From assembly GCA_031370005.1 (NCBI GenBank), contig JANMPT010000021.1, positions 1-64,000 of the forward strand: a stretch of DNA of 64,000 nucleotides. Reading direction: 5' to 3'. Numbering within the stretch: the stretch's first letter is position 1; each line of letters opens with the position of its first letter. Source of the DNA: Bdellovibrionales bacterium. Its GTDB lineage: Bacteria; Bdellovibrionota; Bdellovibrionia; Bdellovibrionales; Bdellovibrionaceae. Below, piece after piece: positions 10,251 through 18,632 of this stretch. The notes beneath the pieces were generated by a model. The model saw only the letters and a list, made by a program, of their open reading frames with translations, did no database searches and was not told where the DNA came from. The position numbers were made by a program, and so were the translations under genes.

Positions 10251-11429
10251 ATGTCGGCAATTCTGTTTGGTCTTTTATGCTTTATTTTTGTAATTATCTC
10301 GGTTGGAAGCCTTTCAGCCCTCTTTCTCTTTCTTTTGGAGCGAGCCTCACAGTTTTTCTTAAGTCATGAGCATTTAATTATAATGCTTCCGCTTCTAGGT
10401 ATAGTCACAGGTTTTACCTATTGGATTTTTGACAAGAAAATCCATTCCACAAAAAAGATTCTTCATAGTGTGGATGACAAACAAATTATAATTCCATTTT
10501 TGACTGCATTTTTAATTTTTACTTTCACTGTTTTAAGTCAACTCTTTGGCGCTTCTACAGGGCGAGAAAGCACTGCTGTACAATTTGGTGCAACTCTTGG
10601 CGACTTTTGGCGAGATCTTTTTGAGAAAAGATCTCGGCCCCTTCCCTTTTCACGGCAAGCTTTTATTCGCTCAGGTCTGGCCGCAGGTTTTGGTGCCGTC
10701 TTCGGTGTCCCTTGGGCTGGAACCCTTTTTGCCCTCGAAGCCACGCCGTCACATCGCTGGTCTTTGCGCTATCTTCCGCTTTGTTGGATCTCGTCTTTCG
10801 GCGCTCACTGGACTGCTCTCTGGTGGGGGGCTCACCACAAAATCTATCCAGCCCTCCCTAATCTGCCCTGGAGCCTTCTTCTTTTCGCAAAGTGGACCTG
10901 CTTAGGAGTTTCTTTTGGAGTTCTTGCAAAAATTTTTGTGGTTCTAATGCGCTACTTTGAGAAACATATCTTCGGTCGCATTCCTTGGCCATGGCTACGT
11001 CCTTTTGTTGGCGGACTTCTGGTTGCCGCCATCACTCTTGCTATAAAAGAGACTCGCTACAATGGCCTTGGGATTCCTCTGATTGATGCTGCCATCACCA
11101 CCGGAGTTCAGACTTTTGATTTTGCCTGGAAAAGCCTCTTCACAATTTTATCTTCAAGTTCCGGCCTTAAAGGTGGCGAAGTCACACCTTTGATGGCAAT
11201 CGGTGCCACTTTTGCTGTGACACTTTCAGGATGGCTTGCTTTGCCAAGTCTCTACGCCGCTTCTTTGGGCTTAATTGCAGTTTTTGCCTCAGCCTCCCAT
11301 ATTCCCTGGACTGGAGCGGTAATGGCTTGGGAGCTTTTTGGTTTTGAAGCCTTCCTTCCGGCCTTTGTAATATGTTGGCTTGCTCGAAAAGTTTTAGGCC
11401 TGCACGGTCTTTTTTCCATCAATGACTAG
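10251..11429 (+). CDS. CLC family anion channel/antiporter (EriC, CLC-F-like fluoride exporter)
   Basis: GRESTAVQ, AAGFGAVFGVP and KGGEVTP motifs; multiple TM segments. Confidence 0.85.
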   Translation: MSAILFGLLCFIFVIISVGSLSALFLFLLERASQFFLSHEHLIIMLPLLGIVTGFTYWIFDKKIHSTKKILHSVDDKQIIIPFLTAFLIFTFTVLSQLFGASTGRESTAVQFGATLGDFWRDLFEKRSRPLPFSRQAFIRSGLAAGFGAVFGVPWAGTLFALEATPSHRWSLRYLPLCWISSFGAHWTALWWGAHHKIYPALPNLPWSLLLFAKWTCLGVSFGVLAKIFVVLMRYFEKHIFGRIPWPWLRPFVGGLLVAAITLAIKETRYNGLGIPLIDAAITTGVQTFDFAWKSLFTILSSSSGLKGGEVTPLMAIGATFAVTLSGWLALPSLYAASLGLIAVFASASHIPWTGAVMAWELFGFEAFLPAFVICWLARKVLGLHGLFSIND

Positions 11430-11704
11430 ACAGTATTCAAAAAAATATTTTTAAGTCACAGCATTGACGCAACGCCTCTGCTGGCAATATCGACAAAATT
11501 TTTTAAATTTTACGTTTTTTTATCTGCAATCAATAAAAAATGGACTTATTTCAGTCTTATTTTCCAAATATTTTTTTAGTTTTAATGAGTAAACTATTGG
11601 CACTGTTATATTTTAATCACTTCAAAAATCTTTCTCTGAATGAGATTCCACTATGATTCCTGCGTCTTGGAATCTTTCTAACTTACTAATTGGCAGTTTT
11701 TTAC

Positions 11705-11720
11705 TGGCTCACTTCTTGCC
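11705..11720 (+). promoter_or_regulatory. Sigma54 (-24/-12) promoter candidate for the downstream lipoprotein
   Basis: TGGCTC-ACTTC-TTGCC has exact GG-N10-GC spacing, lies 35 bp before the ATG, and is preceded by a long AT-rich spacer. Confidence 0.5.
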
Positions 11721-11755
11721 GCTATAGCTCGTTAGCAGTGTACATGGGGAGCCTA

Positions 11756-12484
11756 ATGAAATCACTTTTCAAAAAAATATCAATGTTTGCATGCTCGGTT
11801 TGTCTTCTCTCCGCTTGCAGTGATACCAATCTGCGTTTCACCCAAAGTGATGCTAGTTCATTTAAATCTGCAACACCTATTGATGGCTGGATACCTGGAG
11901 CCGATCCAACTCCTGCACCTGTGGCGACTCCTGTGCCTGTGGCAACTCCTGTGCCTGTAGCGACTCCTGTGCCTGTAGCGACTCCTGTACCTGTGGCACA
12001 GGATGACTGCGCAATAAATGGTCTGAGTCAAAAAGCCTGTTATCTTATGAAAATTATGGAGCTGGGCTGCCCTCTCCGTAGCCACATGCCTGCAAGTTAT
12101 CAAGCGCCAAGCCGCTCACAAATTATTTCCAACCTGAAGCGATGCGATGCCAGCATTTATCCAACCAATACACCAACGGCACCTCAGTTAAGTCTTATTC
12201 AACGCTTGATTGACCCAAGTGACTCTAGTTTTAGAAAATACATTTTCACCGGCTTGTATTACAAGCCACCTTATACTGATGATTTCAAAAAATATTTTGG
12301 TATTGAATTATACAATGCCGAGTATGTGTTCTGCGATAATAATGGCATCCCACCAGGCTCAGGCTCAATCCTGCCTCCGGCTGCAAGTGATGGGACTGTG
12401 GTCCTCGATAAAGCCTACCGGGCTGCAAATGTCTATGCCGGTCAATTAAATCAATGTGTATACGAAAGTAAAACTCAGCCCTGA
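11756..12484 (+). CDS. Hypothetical lipoprotein with Pro/Thr/Val linker and Cys-containing C-terminal domain
   Basis: GGGGAG RBS; MKSLFKK..LLSAC lipobox; (TPVPVA)n linker. Confidence 0.75.
   Translation: MKSLFKKISMFACSVCLLSACSDTNLRFTQSDASSFKSATPIDGWIPGADPTPAPVATPVPVATPVPVATPVPVATPVPVAQDDCAINGLSQKACYLMKIMELGCPLRSHMPASYQAPSRSQIISNLKRCDASIYPTNTPTAPQLSLIQRLIDPSDSSFRKYIFTGLYYKPPYTDDFKKYFGIELYNAEYVFCDNNGIPPGSGSILPPAASDGTVVLDKAYRAANVYAGQLNQCVYESKTQP
11909..11998 (+). repeat. In-frame 18-bp tandem repeat, 5 copies (TPxPVA)
   Basis: actcctgcacctgtggcg / actcctgtgcctgtggca / actcctgtgcctgtagcg x2 / actcctgtacctgtggca. Confidence 0.95.
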
Positions 12485-12984
12485 TTATTTTATATTCCTT
12501 ACGAAAAAATAATATCAAAAATGAAGCGTAGAAGTTGTGACTTGCATTTCGAAAGCTTTGACGGAACCAGCTCTACACGCAAAATGGTGGGCGCGGGCGA
12601 TGTCAAAGCTGTTGTTGGGCTTGGGCTGGAAAAATAATAATAGACAACAGGGTCTCACGACCAACCCCGAAAACTATAGAGGCCGGGACCACCAATAAGC
12701 TAGACGCGTTGAGGCTCCTTCGCCTTAACTTGCTTGGCGTCCGTGAAAGTCATAATCAATTGAGTTTATTAACTATTTTCAAGTGAGAACTTATACAAGC
12801 ATTAAAAACTGATAATAAATGGGACTCGAATCGCAGGTCCGGGACTTGCTTGCTAAATGCGCTCACTCGGTTTAAACAGAAAGAAGTCCACTTTGTCAAC
12901 AGGGTCCATCTTTCCTGATATTCCTGGGGAAAATACGAAGGTGTAAAAAAGCTCGCTACTGGCCCGACAGGCGATGATAATGTA

Positions 12985-13017
12985 GTGGCGAACTCAAAAA
13001 AGTTCGCCATTTTTTTT
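12985..13017 (+). terminator. Rho-independent terminator
   Basis: gtggcgaact-caaaaa-agttcgccat hairpin followed by a T-run. Confidence 0.7.
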
Positions 13018-13112
13018 GTAAGGAATGTAAAGACAATGCTAAAGTATTATATGTCTCTCGGAATTATTATTTTCTTCTGTTCGAATGAGAAAGAGTCCTT
13101 GGGGGTACAAAA

Positions 13113-13382
13113 ATGCCAGTAATCAGCATGTTCTACGGCGTCATCGTTTCAATGTTTTATCTCGATACAAAAAAACACAAAGCGCCACACATTCACGTTT
13201 CTTATCAGGGCAAGGAAGCTGTCATCGCGATCCCTTCTGGCGAAGTCCTGGATGGTGATTTGAAAGCTAACAAACTTAAGCTGGTTCAAGCTTGGGTTGA
13301 AATTCACAATGAAGAATTGATGGCCGATTGGGAGCTTGCAGCCAAAGGTCAGCAAGTTTTCAAAATTGAGCCGTTGAGGTAA
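13113..13382 (+). CDS. DUF4160 family protein (HicA/DhiT-like putative toxin)
   Basis: MPVISMFYGVIVSMFY..HKAPHIHVSY..LVQAWVEIH..ELMADW..KIEPL is the typical DUF4160 pattern. Confidence 0.88.
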   Translation: MPVISMFYGVIVSMFYLDTKKHKAPHIHVSYQGKEAVIAIPSGEVLDGDLKANKLKLVQAWVEIHNEELMADWELAAKGQQVFKIEPLR

Positions 13383-13386
13383 TTCT

Positions 13387-13626
13387 ATGAATCCACGTGC
13401 AAAAAAAGTAAAAACTCTTAGTGGATTTCAAATTGAAGTGGAATTTACAAACGGCGAGAAAAGACAGTTTGATGTGACGCCACTACTGAATTTCCCTGTG
13501 TATCAGCCTTTGAAGGTCCTCACCTATTTTGAACAGGCGTTTGTGAGTCAGGGCATCGTTCAATGGCCGAATGAAGAAGATATTAGTCCAGACCTTCTTT
13601 ACATAGATAGCCGGGCCATAGCCTAA
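13387..13626 (+). CDS. DUF2442 family protein (putative antitoxin)
   Basis: VEFTNGEKRQFDV..F..A.V..GIVQWPNEEDISPDLLY; starts 4 bp after the DUF4160 gene. Confidence 0.88.
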   Translation: MNPRAKKVKTLSGFQIEVEFTNGEKRQFDVTPLLNFPVYQPLKVLTYFEQAFVSQGIVQWPNEEDISPDLLYIDSRAIA

Positions 13627-13759
13627 ACCCCATCAGCAAACCCAGATTTTATTCAAAGCGTACACGAACCATGAGTCAGCTGATGGCAACCGATTTTTAG
13701 AAAATCAGGATTCGCGTGCGCTTGGATCTTATGTGAATGTAAAATAGATCTTTTGAATT

Positions 13760-14170
13760 TCACTTGCAGCGAAACTTCATTTCGATTGTATATCCCTTGC
13801 CGGTAGCGGCGTCCGCAGCGACGCCGCCGAGGCCCATGATCCCGCCAACATTGGACTCATTTTTGCCGCCAAACACATATGCAGCTCCGCCGACGGTCTT
13901 GGCAACGGTTGAGGCCGTTTTAACTTTATTGTAGGATTGTTCATCCATCGTTCCGGTGTACTTTTGGTTTTCTTGGATGACGGCGGCGTACTTATGCCGC
14001 TCCTCACAGAAGTCATTGGCTTGCGCAATTGCATCCCGCGACCCCTCTTCTTTATCGTCAGTTTGTATGACCACTCTATGAATGCCGTCATCACCGGGGC
14101 GGACATCACGATGGTGAGCGCAGGCGGACAGAAAAAGGCCGCAGAGGCCAATGTGAATTATTTGTTTCAT
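13760..14170 (-). CDS. Hypothetical lipoprotein with Gly/Ala-rich (glycine-zipper-like) segment
   Basis: AGGAG RBS; LSAC lipobox; ANDFC...FRC cysteine pair. Confidence 0.75.
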   Translation of the reverse strand: MKQIIHIGLCGLFLSACAHHRDVRPGDDGIHRVVIQTDDKEEGSRDAIAQANDFCEERHKYAAVIQENQKYTGTMDEQSYNKVKTASTVAKTVGGAAYVFGGKNESNVGGIMGLGGVAADAATGKGYTIEMKFRCK

Positions 14171-14439
14171 TCAAGATTCTCCTTGAAAGTTTACTATGGA
14201 ATTGTGCATCGAATAAAGCAAGTGGCGTTGCATGTGGCAAACACTTGATGAGCCTTGGAAGGAATTGAGAAGGGGTTGCACACCGTATTACAGACCGATG
14301 ACCAGGTGTCGGCATTCCCTTGCTTAGTTTGGCAAGTCCATTGGGCGCCATTCATGACCTCTTGTTCATCTGCCTTAGGAATAGCTTTTTCATTGGCACT
14401 TCTTCAATAGAAACAAATGAACCCGTCTTTGGAATTCTA

Positions 14440-14808
14440 TCACTTATCTGGAATGCAAACTCGAATGCGATGACCGTCAGGATCAAGGGCAACGAAGGTC
14501 AATCCAAAGACTGCTTTGTGCAAATCTTGTTCTATAGAAATTCCATTTTTTTTCCAAAGATCGCAAAGGCGACGTACTTCATCTTCGTCTGAAACCATAA
14601 AGGCCAATTCTGATCGATTTCCAGATCCACAAGAAACAAAATTCTTTGCCTGCGTTGACCAAAGGCTAAACGTAAGACCACTTGAGAACGAAAACGCAAC
14701 GTAGGTCGGAAATGCGGCCACAGGTTTTTGTTCAAAAACTTTTTCATAGAAGGACGCACTTTCTAGTGGGTTCTTTACATAAAAGAGCACAAGGTTTGGA
14801 TTTGGCAT
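14440..14808 (-). CDS. VOC/glyoxalase family protein (EhpR-like drug-binding protein)
   Basis: LFYVKNPLESASFYEKVF, SELAF, FGLTFVALDPDGHRIRV; AGGAGG RBS. Confidence 0.88.
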   Translation of the reverse strand: MPNPNLVLFYVKNPLESASFYEKVFEQKPVAAFPTYVAFSFSSGLTFSLWSTQAKNFVSCGSGNRSELAFMVSDEDEVRRLCDLWKKNGISIEQDLHKAVFGLTFVALDPDGHRIRVCIPDK

Positions 14809-14859
14809 ATAAACCCTCCTCAATTAGAGCTACCGTTTTTTTGCAGTATACAACATGAC

Positions 14860-14878
14860 ACTGCCAGAAAATGGCAGT
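14860..14878. promoter_or_regulatory. Palindromic operator between the VOC gene and the WYL regulator
   Basis: Perfect inverted repeat ACTGCCA-gaaaa-TGGCAGT in the 81-bp divergent spacer. Confidence 0.7.
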
Positions 14879-14889
14879 AGCATACAAAA

Positions 14890-15600
14890 ATGAATCGAAC
14901 TGAACGCCTTCTAAATTTACTACAAGTGCTGAGGTCTCATCGTTACCCTGTGAATGGGCAGAGGCTGGCTGAAAGATTGAATGTCAGTATCCGAACCCTT
15001 TATCGTGACATCGCGACCCTTCAATCTCAAGGTGCTGAGATCACCGGAGAGCCAGGAGTCGGTTATGTCCTAAAAGCAGGATATTTTATTCCTCCGCTGA
15101 TGTTCTCTCAAGCTGAAGTTGAGGCGTTGATGCTTGGAATGCTCTGGGTCTCTAACTTTGGCGATCGTCCCTTATCGAAAGCCGCAGTCAGCGCCCTTAG
15201 CAAGATTCGCGAGGTCCTCCCAGAAAAGGTAAAAGGCGGAGTGAGCCATGTTTCCTTGCGGGTGGGGCCGCCTCAAGCGAGCAAGCTTGAACAGGAGGAC
15301 CTTTCTCTTTTAAGAGAGGTGATTCGACTGGAACAGAAGCTAAAGATTGTCTATAAGTCGAAACGAACTTCTGAAGAGCTCGTCGTTTGGCCCATTGCAA
15401 TAGGCTATTTTTCCGACGGAAGAATTCTGGTTGGCTGGTGTCAAAAACAAAGAAATTTTCGGCATTTCCACACCTTGGGCATTGAGTCGATGATCCCGCT
15501 TGATGAGAAATTGCCAGTCAAACGGGAGACTCTTTTTTATAAGTGGCAGTCAGAGCAATTTACAAAATTGAGCATTCATCCAGTTGTTAATAATTTCTGA
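14890..15600 (+). CDS. YafY-like HTH-WYL transcriptional regulator
   Basis: RTERLLNLLQVL..LAERLNVSIRTLYRDIATL..GEPGVGY..PPLMFS; WYL domain (WPIAIGYF..LVGWC..RNFRHF). Confidence 0.92.
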   Translation: MNRTERLLNLLQVLRSHRYPVNGQRLAERLNVSIRTLYRDIATLQSQGAEITGEPGVGYVLKAGYFIPPLMFSQAEVEALMLGMLWVSNFGDRPLSKAAVSALSKIREVLPEKVKGGVSHVSLRVGPPQASKLEQEDLSLLREVIRLEQKLKIVYKSKRTSEELVVWPIAIGYFSDGRILVGWCQKQRNFRHFHTLGIESMIPLDEKLPVKRETLFYKWQSEQFTKLSIHPVVNNF

Positions 15601-15777
15601 ATGGCACTTATTTCTGATACGAACGGGGCCGTTGGTTTCGGAGTTATTTTGCGTTGAGCCAATTCAGATTACCTGTGGCTGAAGTTCCGCCGATTTACGT
15701 TTTTATTGATTTCTATTCTCTTCACTTTGCGGCAGAATATTTTTAAATTTCTTGAAAGAAGAACGAAGGAATATAAA

Positions 15778-15891
15778 ATGCAGAAAACGACTACAGCCTT
15801 GATGTTCGCCAGGGAGCAAGCCGGAAAAGCAGAAGAGATAAGCTTGCGGATCGGGCGAAGTGATCAGATCAAATTTTGGTTTTACAAGTAA
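15778..15891 (+). pseudogene. 5' remnant of a PhnB/3-demethylubiquinone-9 methyltransferase-like VOC gene
   Basis: AAGGA RBS, then MQKTTTALMFAREQAGKAEE matching the family N-terminus (MQKIT.FLMF...GKAEEA); similarity is lost after about 20 codons. Confidence 0.6.
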
Positions 15892-15902
15892 AGCTACATG
15901 TT

Positions 15903-16412
15903 TTATTTGATGCCTCGCCTTGCTTTTATAGATGAGATCTCTTTGTTTTGTTCAGCAACTTTCTTTTTTAAGTTTTCTTTGTATTTGATCAATTTTTTAG
16001 TCAATTCCAAGTTGCTAATAGCCAAAATTTGAATTGCTAATAGAGCCGCATTTCCGGAGTTACCAATGGCAACTGTCGCTACAGGAATCCCTTCAGGCAT
16101 TTGCACAATTGAAAATAAAGCATCTTGACCATTGAGAGCCCCTTGAGAGACCGGAACTCCGATGACGGGCAATGTTGTGAGCGAAGCCACCATTCCCGGA
16201 AGATGAGCCGCGCCTCCGGCTCCAGCAATCACCACTTTATAAGTTTTGTCGGCCTTTTTTACCTCTTCAAACATCAATTCAGGAGTTCTATGGGCCGAAA
16301 TTATTTTTGTATGAAAATCCACGTTAAATTCTTTAAGAATTTCTTCGGCTCGCTTCATGCTTGAGTGATCCGAAAGACTCCCCATTAGGATCAGAACTTT
16401 TGCTTTACTCAT
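15903..16412 (-). CDS. purE: N5-CAIR mutase
   Basis: [47 protein letters not shown] overlap with purK. Confidence 0.96.
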   Translation of the reverse strand: MSKAKVLILMGSLSDHSSMKRAEEILKEFNVDFHTKIISAHRTPELMFEEVKKADKTYKVVIAGAGGAAHLPGMVASLTTLPVIGVPVSQGALNGQDALFSIVQMPEGIPVATVAIGNSGNAALLAIQILAISNLELTKKLIKYKENLKKKVAEQNKEISSIKARRGIK

Positions 16413-17581
16413 GGCTTTCTCAAACTTTCTTGCCACTGACGTTCAGTGACCTTCAGGGCTTCAATAAGTTGTGGTAGATCCTTTTCAGTTTCACTATGAG
16501 TTATCATATGCCCCAGCTTTCTCCCAGGTGAAGTCATTTCTTTATCATACCAATAAATTTGTGGGTTTTTTGGACGCTCAACCGATTTAGAAAGCCCCTC
16601 AGGACCTAAAAAATTAATCATAGCAAAAACTTTTGCGGTCTCAAAGTCCTGTGGATCAAACTTCTTTTGTTGGTATGATTTTAGATGCATATCAAACTGA
16701 CTTGCCTTAGCGGCCTTTTGGGAAAAGTGCCCAGAGTTATGAACTCGCGGAGCCATTTCATTTATAAGAAGCTCCCCATCTTGGGTGACAAAGAATTCTA
16801 CGGCAAAACTACCCAAAAGATTTAATTTTGACGAAATTAATCGAGCAATTTCAATTGCTCGATTTTCATTTTTCACTTCATTGAGTGCCTTCACAGCCAG
16901 AAAACAAACACCCTTCTTTTGAATTGTTTCAACTAAAGGATAGTGACCAAAATCCCCAGCAAAGCTTTGGCAAGAGACTAGGGCCACCTCTTTCACAAAA
17001 GGAACAAACTTCTCAACATAGACTCGCGACTGGGCTACAAAAGCATTTTGACAAAACTCTTTAATGCTCGCAAAGTTGGGAATAATTGAAGGTGGCACCA
17101 CAAAATTGCCCTTGCCATCATACCCCATACGGGCTTTTTTAATCACAAAGCCCTTCCACTTTTTATGAAGACTCTCCAGCTTTTCACTGTTTGCTAAATC
17201 ATTGGGCAAAATCTCAAAATATTCTGATGTTGGAAGTCCATTTTCTTCGAAAAATTTTTTTTGTTCAAGCTTATCCTGCGCAATGCGAAGACCCACTAAG
17301 GACGGTGTGGATTGAGTGCGTGTGTTTCCCCAAGCTTTCTCAATTGATTTTATATCTAGAAACTCATTTTCTACTGCATAACTATCCACAGTCTCAAAAA
17401 AAGCAGAGAGCCTGGCTATGTCTGTGATATTTCCTCTAGTAATATGAGCACCAGCTTTTTCAGCAGGACCATTGGCTTCATGGTGGTAAACTGGCGAAGG
17501 AGAGAGTTCGGCACCGAGATAACAACTGGCTTCCCAAAGCATTCGTCCAAGCTGCCCGCCACCTAAAATCCCCACCTTCAT
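16409..17581 (-). CDS. purK: N5-CAIR synthetase (ATP-grasp)
   Basis: [36 protein letters not shown]. Confidence 0.93.
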   Translation of the reverse strand: MKVGILGGGQLGRMLWEASCYLGAELSPSPVYHHEANGPAEKAGAHITRGNITDIARLSAFFETVDSYAVENEFLDIKSIEKAWGNTRTQSTPSLVGLRIAQDKLEQKKFFEENGLPTSEYFEILPNDLANSEKLESLHKKWKGFVIKKARMGYDGKGNFVVPPSIIPNFASIKEFCQNAFVAQSRVYVEKFVPFVKEVALVSCQSFAGDFGHYPLVETIQKKGVCFLAVKALNEVKNENRAIEIARLISSKLNLLGSFAVEFFVTQDGELLINEMAPRVHNSGHFSQKAAKASQFDMHLKSYQQKKFDPQDFETAKVFAMINFLGPEGLSKSVERPKNPQIYWYDKEMTSPGRKLGHMITHSETEKDLPQLIEALKVTERQWQESLRKP

Positions 17582-18624
17582 GAATATACCAGGAGCGCTT
17601 TTTTTGCTCCGTCTACCACAAGAACTTCGCACTGTTTATTTTTACGAATTACTTTCCCGATTTTCCATGCTTTAAATTTTTTCTTATTTAAATGGTTAAA
17701 AATCGTCTGTGCTTTTTTTGCGTCACAAGCAATCACCATTCCAATACCCATATTAAAGGTCTGAGATTTTTCCTTGAACGTCAGAGAGGAATTCTTGATT
17801 GATTCCAACCAGTGATAAGCTTTTGGACGCTCGCTCAATGGCGGCAAGTGAATCTCATAGCTCACTTTTTCAGACATACGTGGCACATTTAAAAAACCCG
17901 AACCCGTAATATGCGCCAAAGCTTTGATAGATCCATTTGCAAGTAATCTTTCCAATGCTTTGCTGTAAATCACTGTTGGCTTTAATAGTTCTTTCGCAAG
18001 ATCATTTTTGCTAAGATTTTTTGTCGGCTTCCACTTCGCAAATAGTTTTCGAACCAAGCTGTATCCATTGCTGTGAAACCCCGAGGAAGAAATCCCAATA
18101 AGAATGTCCCCTGGTTTAACACTTTTGCCGGGCAAAGCCTTTTTCTTATCAACAATCCCCACCGCAAATCCTGCAAGATCATATTCTCCGGTTTTATAAA
18201 AACCTGGCATTTCTGCCGTTTCTCCACCAATCAAAGCACATCCACTTTGATGACAGCCCTGAACAATACCGGATAGAACCTCTTTCGCTGTTTTTGGTTT
18301 CAACTTCCCAGTGGCAAAGTAATCAAGAAAGAATAAAGGTTTGGCTCCAACACAAAGAAGATCATTTACAGACATAGCAACTAAATCAATTCCAACGCTG
18401 TCATGGGAATTCCATTCAAAAGCTAGTTTGAGTTTTGTTCCGACGCCGTCTGTGCTTGCCGCTAATAATTGTTTTGAATTTAAGGAGTACAAAGACGCAT
18501 AACCGCCAACCGAAGACTTTACATTTTGATTTAGAGTAGATTTAACCATTATTGAAATGCTACTAACAAATTGGTCGGCCAAGTCCCGGTTTACTCCGGC
18601 TTTCTCGTATGCGCCTTTTTCCAT
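17578..18624 (-). CDS. purM: Phosphoribosylformylglycinamidine cyclo-ligase (AIR synthetase)
   Basis: TDGVGTK, DLVAMSVND, GGETAEMPG, SSGFHSNGYSL, HITG, TFNMGIG. Confidence 0.97.
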   Translation of the reverse strand: MEKGAYEKAGVNRDLADQFVSSISIMVKSTLNQNVKSSVGGYASLYSLNSKQLLAASTDGVGTKLKLAFEWNSHDSVGIDLVAMSVNDLLCVGAKPLFFLDYFATGKLKPKTAKEVLSGIVQGCHQSGCALIGGETAEMPGFYKTGEYDLAGFAVGIVDKKKALPGKSVKPGDILIGISSSGFHSNGYSLVRKLFAKWKPTKNLSKNDLAKELLKPTVIYSKALERLLANGSIKALAHITGSGFLNVPRMSEKVSYEIHLPPLSERPKAYHWLESIKNSSLTFKEKSQTFNMGIGMVIACDAKKAQTIFNHLNKKKFKAWKIGKVIRKNKQCEVLVVDGAKKALLVYS

Positions 18625-18632
18625 ATTCACTC

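Noticed and set aside
12585..12600. tggtgggcgcgg resembling the reverse complement of a tRNA 3' end (possible att site)
   Set aside because: Only about 12 nt, with no T-arm (TTCGA) or cloverleaf following.
12969..13010. ggcgatg...gttcgccat resembling the start of a fluoride riboswitch
   Set aside because: Spacing is wrong, the downstream conserved elements are absent and it is not upstream of the CLC gene; a simple terminator explains it.
13621..13760. Possible integron attC site after the TA pair
   Set aside because: No proper RYYYAAC...GTTRRRY ends, no second similar site and no integrase.
14825..14838. 14-bp match (tagagctaccgttt) to the tRNA-Arg gene
   Set aside because: It matches the D/anticodon arm rather than the 3' end, lies 39 kb away, and matches of this length are expected by chance in 64 kb.
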